Shown piece after piece: positions 54,721 through 64,000 of a DNA stretch of 64,000 nt; position 1 is the first letter of the stretch; the number at the start of each line of letters is the position of its first letter. Origin of the DNA: Camelus dromedarius. Its lineage: Eukaryota. A program made the translations under genes and the position numbers. The stretch covers positions 13,020,001-13,084,000 of the forward strand of contig NC_087461.1 in assembly GCF_036321535.1 (NCBI RefSeq). Direction: 5' to 3'. The notes under the pieces are model-generated. The model had not been told where the DNA came from. It saw only the letters and a program-made list of their open reading frames with translations, and searched no databases.

Positions 54721-56565
54721 GCCGGGCAGCTCAGCACAGGCACATCTAAGATACAGGTAGCATAAAGGGAGGAGGGATTAACACTGACTTAGGGATGTCA
54801 GTAGCCAGGAAGGGTTTTGAAATGGTACCTAAGGTTTCATCAAGTGAATTAGGAGGAGAAGGACATGTCCCACAGAGGGTGTGAGGTGTGTGAAGGCATC
54901 AAGGTGTGACACAGCATCACGCAGAAGGCATGCCACCTAGAGGTCTTCAGGTGAAACTGCTGGGGAGGGAGGGACTGGTAACCAAGCCGAGGCCATGTCC
55001 AGTGTGTCATGTCAATCAGCTGGGACTTAATCCCTTCCCTCCCCGCCTTAAATGCTTTAATCAATATTTATGGAGCCTAATCTATGTGCCAGCCATCACG
55101 AAGAGCAAAGTCACACAAGGGCCTCGGCTTCATGAAGCTTAGTCTCTGGAAAGGCAGCCTGGAATCAAATAGCCAGCGGGCGCCACAGTAAAGGTTTGGC
55201 CAACTTCTGAAGCCTCGGAGACATGATCAGTGTCTCAAATGGAAACTTCAAAATTTAAACTAAGAGTAGGTGATGGGAGACCTGGGAACATACAGGGCTA
55301 GGGTATATTTCTCTATTTTTAACAAGAAAAATACGGTGCCTCTCTTTCCCATGTTTCTTTCCTTTTCCTGTCCTAATAATACAAGCACAATAGATGGTTA
55401 TCTATAGGTTTCCGTGTTCTTGTAGATTTCTCAGTGTGGTACTTTCTTCCTTGACCATATCTGCTCCTACAACTGTTTCTTATTTACATTGACTTCTCGT
55501 AGGGGAGGCAGGGCAGGCAGGGAAACTGTGATGGCAGAAGAGATATTGTCAGCTGGTGATCAAGCAAAGGACTGAAAGAGACAGAAAAAGGAAGAATCTG
55601 TGTTTCAAGGCATTAAAAAAAAAAAGACTTTCGAATCAAAGCCTGCCTAACCAAATGCTCCTAATCAGGGATTTTTGTTTTTCGTAACTTTATGTAATGG
55701 GTTTTATTTCGTGCCAGGAAACACAGCTTGGTACTTGGGGCCTCTGGCTCGGTCCATGGCTCTCAGGCTCTGGCCAAGCATAAAAGGCATCCCTGTGGTC
55801 AGGCCCGTTCAGCTTTCACTTCTGTGTTCCTGACTTTTCATTTATCACAATTTGAAATTGTCCACCCGAGCCTGCTTACCCAGAAAATTCCTCTAGACCA
55901 GGGACTTTGCTTTCTGTGACTGAGTTAACCCACTGCCCTTTTCTAAATGCAAAAGATAGGGAAATGAAATGGGGCTTCCTGACTTAACTCTATTTAAACG
56001 AGTTAAGTTTTGAATTTAGAAGATAGATTCCAGCTATAGGGTGTATCTTGGACCCATGTTTTCAAATATCAGCCGTCCAGTTTGATTTCACTTAAGAAAC
56101 AGACAAAATACCTGAATGTTTCTGGCCAGAAGTAATTTCCATATGGCTTTATTATTAGACCTGCCTTGTTTCATCTGGATGCAGAGAGCTGGAGTTCAAC
56201 ATTCTAGACCTGGGATCGCCAGTTAAAAATGTTCAAAGGAAGTCATAGGGCCCAGAAGGCAGAATTTCAAAAAGGCATGCAAAACTGTAGCTTTTTTTAC
56301 TCAAGGCAAGACATGCAGAATTACTGAATCATTCAGTGTCTGCTTCTGGTAAGCCAGACTGCACGAGAGGGTGGAAACTCCTCACAAGTATCAATCAGGT
56401 GTGTCTGATTTGAAATAGATACAGGAAAAATGCATTACTCCTTAATTATCTCTTAAATAAGCAAAACGTATTTTTTAAAAAATTTCAAAAAGAGGGAGAA
56501 AATATGAAAAGAAGTGTTGTTGATGGAAAGATTTTAGACAGGAATTCTTTTCTGTTTCTTTTCAT

Positions 56566-56697
56566 TTTTTTTTTTTTTTAACTTTGGGGGGAAGGTAATT
56601 AGGTTTTTATTTTGTTAATGGAGGTACTGGGGATTGAGCCCAGGACCCTGTGTGTTCTAAGCAAGTGCTCTACCACTGTGCTATTTCCATAGCACCC
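56566..56697 (-). mobile_element. Vic-1-type SINE
   Basis: ggtaattaggttt...ggaggtactggggattgagcccaggacc...ctctaccactg. Confidence 0.87.
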
Positions 56698-58340
56698 CTT
56701 CCTTTCTCTTCTTAAACCCAGCTAGGTTCATTTGTTGAAGCCCCAGGGAGTTGTCAGAATCGCGATCCCAGTTAAAACAGTGTTAAGTGTGTCAGGTCAG
56801 AGGAGAGATGCTGAATCATTATCCTCTCTGTGATGGGCGGCACCAGAGTAGCCCATTTAAATCGGACACACCCTAAACGACTGTGTCACCCTGTACACAA
56901 AGCAGTCTTCCTACTCACTTTGTAGGACAAGGACAGGTAGATAAACCAGGAAATCGGGGACAAGAGGGAAAGCCACCATCAGCGATGAAATCCGTTGTCC
57001 TCTTCAGTGATTTTGAAGATGTCAGCTCTGGGCACAGAAGCATTTGGAATGGGTACTGAATTCTGCCGGGGTATGAACATGCTGAGCCTTGGGTTCAGCA
57101 CAGGACTCTTACTGGAAATCAACCATCCTGGGAACCATGACATCACTTTATTTTGTCGTGTGGCAAGTTTACTTACGTATGAGACAACTTCTAAACTGGT
57201 GGTTCTCTACCCTGGCTACATATTAGAATCAGCAGCAGAGCTTTAAAAATTAAAATAAAATTTTTTAATAAAGAAAAGAAAAACTAAAGGCGTGTATCCC
57301 ACCCATGACTAAGGGAAACCAGATCTCTAACTGTAAAATCTTCTGTGGCAATTTTGTTATACTGTGAGGGTTGAAAACCCCTCCTCTACACTGACTTGTC
57401 CCCAGAATTTTGCCCTTAGGAGTTTCAAGGTAGATTTTTTTGGTGGAACCTCAAGTAGGAACAACTCAGGAGTTGAAATAAGCTAGCAGCTGTCTTCACA
57501 CAGCCTACGAAGCTAACCATGCAGGCAGGTCAGTGGAAGCCTGGCTGAGTGATACCACGTGTAGAAAAAAACAAAGCACATGAGACAAAGAGGAAGTTGT
57601 CTTGTTGACAGAAAATCTGGTCCTTCTGCTGAATCCATCCCCTGAGGCTGACGATGAGAGGCTCCTGACCGGGTCTTTTCTGTCTTGTCACTGCTGCATC
57701 CTCATGATGGTTGCAACTCAGGGCAGCCTGTCTCCCAGTGAGTATCCAGGGCTTGTAGATTCTGGTCCTCAGCAAGGCTTGGGCCCCATCAGCTGTAGTG
57801 ATACAGTGCCCATCACTTCAGGTACCAACTCCTCCGCCTCGAACACCCTGCCCACAACATCCATGTGGCTCATCCCTCATTTCCCTCCGGTCTCTGACAA
57901 AAGGTCGCCTTTTCTGAAAAGTCTTCCCTGAGCACCCAAAAGATACCGTCCCCAGCCCCCCATCTGTATCCCCATCAGCCTGCATTATTTTTTAATGGCA
58001 TTTAATACCACCTGACATCAGACATGTTTGCCTCCATCCCTCTGCTCTCCCTCCATCCAACAAGAATTTCAGTTCCATCACAGCACCCTGGATGGTGATT
58101 CACACATAGTAGGCACTCAGTAAACCTGTGTTGAGTGACTGATTCCCTCCAAGGCATGCAGGTGCTCAGCATGGGGGCACTATACCATCACTCTCCTCAG
58201 CCACACTCACCTCCAGATAAGTAAAACAACTACTAAACATGGGATGGTCCCCACCTGTAGTCTGCTTTAACCTGTGAATGCACCATGAAGTAACAGTGAA
58301 ATTGGTGGGCTTAGTATCTCTTTTCTGGTTATTGCTTTTT

Positions 58341-58665
58341 TTTGGAGAGGGGAGGTAATTAGGTATTTTTTAATGATATGTGCTAAATATTTAATCTTTT
58401 TTTAGTTTTCATATATGTGCTAATTATTGTTTCTAAGAACAGATCTTTAGCTTTTTAAACTTGCATAGTTATCAAAGGAATAAAGCCAACTACAAAATAA
58501 GAATCAACAGAATGCAATAATCCAATCATAAAGGACAGTCAAATGTGCTTACACATATTCAAAGTGTATTTTTTTTTTAATGGAGGTACTGGGAATTGAA
58601 CCCAAGACCTCGTACACGCTAGGCACATGCTCTGCCACTGAGCTAGACCCTCCCCCACCCCCACC
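58341..58665 (-). mobile_element. Vic-1-type SINE interrupted by ~190 bp of non-SINE DNA (58376-58565)
   Basis: Tail at 58341-58375 and head at 58566-58665; perfect outer TSD ctggttattgcttttt (58325-58340, 58666-58681). Confidence 0.87.
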
Positions 58666-58744
58666 CTGGTTATTGCTTTTTGCATGTTAAGTAAAATTTT
58701 TATCCAAGTACAAAAAGCTTAATCAAATAGACTTACTTTTTTAA

Positions 58745-59085
58745 ACGTAGGAATCCCACTCAGCAATAAAAAGGAATGAAGTGTTAGTAAACGCAACATC
58801 GTGGATGAATTGCAGATCCATTGTGCAAAGTGAAAGGAGCTTGGCTCAAAAGGCTACAGTGATACATTCTGGAAAAGGCTAAACCATAGGGATGGAAAAC
58901 AGCTCCGTGGTTGACAGGGGTGGGGTGGGGGCAGGACTGACTACAAAGGGGGCAGCACAAGGGAATCGGGGAGGCAATGGAACTGTTGTGCATCAGGAAT
59001 GTGACGGTGGAGACAGAATTTTATGAATCAGTCCAAATTCATGGAACTGTACACAGTAAAGGATGGATTTTATGGTCTACAGATA
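58745..59085 (+). mobile_element. L1MB/MC-like 3' end
   Basis: cagcaataaaaaggaatgaagtg...gcaacatcgtggatgaat...ggaactgttgtgcat. Confidence 0.75.
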
Positions 59086-59632
59086 AACATCATTTTTTTT
59101 TTGTTTTTGCAAAAGTAATTCCCTTTCCATGCTTTACCTAGTGCCCTGCTCTCCAGATGAGAACCCCTTTTAGCAGTTTCAGTTGTATCTTTTGGTATTT
59201 ACTCCTTGCCTCTAAATAATGTGCTTAATTTGCTGCTTGAGTTTTCGGTGTCAGGCATTATGTATCGACTTCCGACCTCAGTGAGTATTTAGCTTGTCTC
59301 CTGTATCTTTCTCCTCTCTCTCATCCCCGTGACCCTGCAGACATCTCGTCCTCCAGTCTCCCACGAGTTAAATCATAATTTTGAGTGGTTCCATATTTCA
59401 TATGTGTTATGACCATGTAAATAACATTTAAATAAGCCATGTCCTACACTGTCATTACTTTCTCTTACATGTTTTCTTTGTGGTTTCTGCGAGATTAATA
59501 ATTGTGCTTTTTACTCCTGCTTAATTTTTTATATCATTGGCACCAGTTTAGCCCCCAATTCTCCCCTGGTTGTCTAAAGCTCCTCACAGTATATTCATAT
59601 ACCTCCAGCAATCTCACAACTCTTTTTTTTTT

Positions 59633-60275
59633 CTTTTCCTGCCTCAGGTTTATTTGTACAAATAGCACAGGTAGACATGAGCGCCATGCAGACAGCAGCC
59701 CAGGGGTCAAACTAGTCCTTATATCCTCACATCAACAGACAAAAGCCTCTACTCTGGAGCCTTTGCGGGGGCCTGGGGGCCTTTGGGAGCCTGAGCCTGA
59801 GCTGCAGCTGCAGCTGCAGCTACAGCTATGGCCTTGGTCTGAGCCTTGTCCTTGGCCTTTGGCCGACAGAGCCTGAGACCCTTGGCGATGCAGGCACAAG
59901 CACGTTTCCCGAGCTTGGGGTGAGCAGTGTAGGCAAGTCGGCTGAGCTTGTGGCTGCTGCCCTTTGGGACCTTGGGCTTGACCTCCTTGGGCTTTCTGAG
60001 AGCCTTGACAGCCTCAGCAAGTGCGCTCGTGGCCTTGGCGTTGTTCGCCTGCATCTTCTTCAGGCCCTTCTTGTTGTGCTTCTTGGCAAAGCGCGTGTTC
60101 CTCAGGAATTTGGGATCCACCCCCTTAAGAGATTTGTATCACTGCGATCAGGGCTTTCTGATGCCATTTCTGTGCCTTTTGTGGGACTGGTTGTGTGAGG
60201 TGTGGTTCTTTGACTTGGCCACGCCTGCACCGGAGCCGGGAGATCCCGAATTGCCTGGGACCGGAAGAGAAAGAG
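59633..60275 (-). pseudogene. RPL29: Full-length processed pseudogene of ribosomal protein L29
   Basis: Intronless. 5'TOP-like start CTCTTTCTCTTCCGG (60275-60261). Pseudo-CDS 60222-59749 begins GTG GCC AAG TCA AAG AAC (start ATG->GTG) and has two in-frame TGA in the N-terminus (CCC TGA TCG CAG TGA). Continues DPKFLRN...[12 protein letters not shown], then AATAAA (59654-59649), an A tail and a TSD A10GAG. Confidence 0.96.
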
Positions 60276-60278
60276 CTC

Positions 60279-60890
60279 TTTTTTTTTTTCATTATAAGTT
60301 ATCACAAGATACTGAATGTAGTTCCCTCTCCTATACAGTGGAACTTTGTTGTTTATCCATTTTGTATATAGTAATGCATATCTGCTAATCCCAAACTCCT
60401 AATTTATCCTTCCCCCCTCCCTTTTCCCTTCGATAACCGTAAGTTTGTTTTCTGTCTGTGAGTCTCTTTCCATTTTGTAAATAAGTTCACTTGTATCTTT
60501 TTTTTTTTAGATTCCACGTGTAAGTGCTATCATATGATACTTATCTTTCTGTCTGACTTTGCTTAGTATGATAACCTCTAGGTCCATCCATGTTTCTGCA
60601 AAAGGCATTATTTTAGTCATTTTATGGCCAAGTAGTATTCCATTGTATATAAATATACCACATGTTCTTTATCCAGTCATCTGTCAATGGACATTTAGGT
60701 TGCTTCCATGCCTTGGCTATTATAAATAGAGCTGCTGTGAACATTGGGGTGCATGTATCTTTTTGAATTAGAGTTTCCTCCAGATATATGCCCAGGAGTG
60801 GGACTGCTGCATCATAGGGTAACTCTAAGATTTTTAAGGAGTCTGTATACTGTTTTCCATAGTGGCTGCACCAGATTACATTCCCACCAA
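60279..60890 (-). mobile_element. 5'-truncated young L1 3' fragment, 3' end shortened to an internal A-run
   Basis: L1 3'UTR/ORF2-end text (gacatttaggttgcttccatgccttggctatt, gggactgctgcatcataggg); the minus strand encodes ELPYDAAVPLLGIY...TPMFTAALFIIAKAWKQPKCP. TSD CACAACTCT at 59615-59623 and 60891-60899. Confidence 0.9.
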
Positions 60891-61235
60891 CACAACTCTG
60901 CCTTCCTGATCTTCCTTCTAGGAATGGCTGGTCTGTCCTGCTCCAGTCTGGCTGGTTTGTTCTCTGTGCTGAGTGCACGTCTGTCGTTCTGGGACAGCCC
61001 TTCCATTATCCTTGGGACGCCTTTTATCTTCTTTTTGGGTGGGAACCCCTTTTTCCTAGATCACTTGAACTCTTTCAAGGTTTACCCTGTCATTTCTGTC
61101 AACCACATACTCTAATAGTTCCTTAGAAAGAGTACATAAAAACTTTTTGAGACCCCGAATGTCTTAAAATCTCTTTAATCAACCCTCCCACTTAATTGAT
61201 AGTTAAAGTGAGTATGGGAGTCATTTCTTCCCAGA

Positions 61236-62596
61236 TTTTTTTTAAAATAAACATTCCATTTATTCACTTTTAAGCTTGCTCAAAGTGACAAGTAAAAAGA
61301 AGATATTATCCATCTTGAAAAAAAGTCACTATTATGACACAGAACAAAGAAAACTTTGAAGAAAATAAGACTTAAAATATCTATTTTCAGACAAATAGGG
61401 AAAGGGGTTTTAGGATTTAGGATTATATGCAGTACAATTTTACATAATCATATATAATGTAGGGATCAATTTCTATCAAATATTCCTATGCCCTGGAACT
61501 TTGTTACTCAGAAAGTGGCCTGACACCAGCAGCATCAGAGTCATCCAGAGCTTATTAGAAATGGTGCACCTCAGTCCCCACCTCCTACCTACTGAAATCA
61601 GAATCTGCATTTTAATTCATTCCTGTGAGATTCACATACCTATGAAAGTGCGAGAAGCGCTGACTGCACCAGAAAACCACCTCAGTAACCGTACTATCCT
61701 GGTGTCCTAGAACCCTATTTGGTTTTTGCCTACTACATTTGACACATAAATTTTACATATCCATACACTGAAATCACAATTGTATATAAATGATATAAAG
61801 GTATATATATTTACCAACATAGATTATCATGTAATTAATTTTTTAAAAAGCATTGAAATATTTTATATGGTTCCATTAAGAAGAAAATATACAAATGTAA
61901 GTTTACACAGAAAGACATCTAGAAGTCTCTACTCCAAATATTAAGGGGGGATCACAAGTTTTTTTTCTTACTTTTCATTGCTTTCTAACTTTTCAAAAAT
62001 TAGCACAAATTACTAGTATAGTTTTTAAAATAATAAAAGTTTTAAAAAAAAACATGGAAAATTGAAAATGGGATAGAGTTGCATCAGGACACAGACGGCT
62101 CAGCAAGCATCAAAGGCAGTGCATTCTCTTGTATCTTGGATGGACGGTTGAAGCCCATGGCATAGACTCTCTGGAGAAGCTGTGGCTTCAGGCGTAGCTC
62201 CTCGAAGGACTTCACTGAGTAGAGAGGGGAGTTTGGATCCCGCTGCAGGACTTCCACTTGGTTGGTGTTATCAAAAAGGTTGCTTCTGATCAGCTTGTTG
62301 AGTAAGGATTGGGCGGCTACGTCCTTTCTCTTCTTCATCTGTCTTCTCTGCATTAGCATTGGTCTTGACAACAGCACCACTGGCATCTGGCTTGATTTTC
62401 TCTTCCTTAAGATTCAAGTTGCTCAGGGACTCGGCCGCCGCTTCCTGCTCGCCCACCGCCAGGGCGCACGAGTCGGTGGCCACGGTGCCGGGCGCAGCTG
62501 AGGCGCTGGTGCTGGCGACCTCGCCGGCCAGCGCGGCGCGATGAGCGATCCGCGATCCCGGGCAACTCCGGCCCCGCCAAGGGGGAAGTCATTCGC
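61236..62596 (-). pseudogene. DDX19B: Processed pseudogene of DDX19B: 5'UTR + spliced exons 1-5 (62483-62097) + ~850 nt putative intron 5 + AATAAA/poly(A)
   Basis: Translation (M)ATDSCALAVGEQEAAAESLSNLNLKEEKIKPD...AAQSLLNKLIRSNL...KSFEELRLKPQLL...KIQENALPLMLAEP; the AAAESLSNL N-terminus matches DDX19B rather than DDX19A. Start is GTG and there is a 2-nt frameshift at 62324/62323. TSD 61226-61240 / 62597-62612. The coding part is certain; the extent to 61236 is inferred from the TSD. Confidence 0.9.
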
Positions 62597-63283
62597 TCCT
62601 CCCAGAATTTTTAAGGCTCTTTTTTGCTCCGTTATCACCTGGCTTCCAGTGCTGCTGTTGAAAAGTACAAACATTTCAATTCCTGACACTTTATATGGGA
62701 CCTGCCTTCTCCTCTGGAAGCTTTTAGGTTTCTCTCTGTTTCCAGTGTCATGAAATTTTTAAGAATATGTCTTGATATGAAAATTGCAACCTTTGTACTG
62801 AACTCCCACCCCCGTTCGTTCAGTTTGGAAAATCGGACTCTTCTAGAATTTTTTTTTTTTTCACTTTGCTCTCTTGTGTTTTCTTTATTCTCTTTTTTTT
62901 TTTTTTTTTTTTTCTGAAACTCCTGTTATTTGGAAGTTGAAGCCTCTGGGTAATTCTCTAGTTATTATGCCTTTCTTCTCCTATTTTCCATCTCTTTGTC
63001 CTTTCTGTTTTACTCTTTAGATGCTTTCTTTAACTTTGTCTTCCAGACTGTCTTTTGAATTTTCATTTCTGTTTTTATATTTTTAATTTCCAAAAACTCT
63101 TTCTTATTCTGAGTTTTTAAATAGAAGTTTGTTCTAGTTTCGTAGATATAATCATCTCTTAGCTTTCAACTTTGGGTGTTAGTCATAGTTGATTTTTCTG
63201 TTTGTTTTGGTCTCTTATGTTAGAAGTTCTCCTAAGTTGCCCACGGAACACTGCTGTGCTCACATTGAAGAACAGGGCATCAG

Positions 63284-63417
63284 TGGGGAGGGCAGAGCTC
63301 AGTGGTAGAGTGCATGCTTCGCATGCACGAGGTCCTGGGTTCAATCCCCAGTACCTCCTCTAAAAAGAAATAAACCTAATTACCTGCCCCTGCCAAAATA
63401 AAATAATTAAAAATAAA
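63284..63417 (+). mobile_element. Vic-1-type SINE
   Basis: agctcagtggtagagtgcatgcttcgcatgcacgagg...; TSD aagaacagggcatca (63268-63282) / aagaacaggccatca (63416-63430). Confidence 0.92.
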
Positions 63418-63904
63418 GAACAGGCCATCAAATAATCAACTGGCAGCTCTGTGTTCATAGGTAGAGCTTGTCACCCTTATGCTTCCCTGAAGGACAACCT
63501 CACTGGACCATCTACATAGGAAACCAGCAAAGTCATTATCTTTGGGTCTTTTCTATGTGGTGGTCAGATGCCCCAGAGAAGAATATTCCATTTGAGTGCC
63601 TGGAGGATATAAACTTGGCTACCAAAATTCCAAGATGAGGAAGAAGGCTAGGGGCTCAACACTTAGAATTCTTTTTTTCCTCTGTCCCTGCTCTGCCTAG
63701 CATCTCCTGGTCAGATGCCTCCCATTTTATTGGTTTTACATCACATAGGAAAGGGATGGCCACCTCATGGCTTGATGGCTCAGAGGGCAGGTAGAGGAAT
63801 CTAACTATGAAACAGACTCTTCACCAAATCTCATTTGTTTTTAGTCCCCCCTTCACCTCCTTCTTCAGAGGTTTTGTGAGCCTTCTGGGTTGTTTGTTTG
63901 TTTG

Positions 63905-64000
63905 TTTTTATTATAGTATAGTCAGTTACAATGTGTCAGTTTCTGGTGTACAGCACAATGTCCCAGTCATGCATATACATACATATATTCATCTTCATAT
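63905..64000 (-). mobile_element. Young L1 3' end running off the window
   Basis: tatagtcagttacaatgtgtcagtttctggtgtacagcacaatgtcccagtcatgc. Confidence 0.85.

Larger units (their letters stand above)
59105..63900 (-). mobile_element. Old L1M (L1MC/ME-like) element fragmented by younger insertions; pieces at ~59105-59620, 60900-61235, 62600-63280, 63430-63900
   Basis: Degenerate L1M text (cccagaatttttaaggc...cttccagtgctgctgttgaaaagt) resumes across each TSD. Confidence 0.6.

Noticed and set aside
59749-60120. 123-aa RPL29-like ORF as a functional gene
   Set aside because: Starts at an internal GTG. The true start is mutated and two upstream in-frame TGA stops remove the conserved N-terminus.
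62084-62386. 100-aa DDX19-like ORF as a functional gene
   Set aside because: Only the post-frameshift part matches DDX19B. The start ATG is lost and the helicase core is absent.
63285-63358. tRNA-Ala-like gene (anticodon CGC here; AGC in the copy at 4653)
   Set aside because: Followed by the Vic-1 tail and flanked by a TSD, and the acceptor stem is disrupted. These are SINE heads, not tRNA genes.

Overview
Mammalian genomic DNA, almost certainly camelid, because it carries nine tRNA-Ala-derived Vic-1-type SINEs. It looks like a short-read scaffold with six N gaps. The whole window lies inside CACNB2 (voltage-gated Ca2+ channel beta-2 subunit) on the + strand. It runs from the distal ~38 kb of intron 3 through exons 4, 5, 6, the 20-nt exon 7B microexon, exon 8 and exon 9, into intron 9. 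Exon numbers follow human CACNB2 and are recalled, not searched. None of the supplied long ORFs is a real stand-alone gene. Intron 9 holds two antisense processed pseudogenes. One is a full-length RPL29 copy inserted into the poly(A) tail of a young L1. The other is a DDX19B copy made of spliced exons 1-5, ~850 nt of apparent intron 5 and an AATAAA/poly(A) end, bounded by one target-site duplication (TSD); it looks like a fossil of an intronic-polyadenylation isoform. Other notable points: a Cys->Tyr change in the conserved SH3 motif KEGCEIGF, two gaps that probably hide alternative exons 7A and 7C, a near-perfect 19-bp hairpin, a SINE carrying ~190 bp of unidentified DNA, and a perfect 59-bp tandem duplication. 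The rest is ordinary L1/L2/MIR/LTR/MER repeat background. Repeat subfamily names are from pattern recall.
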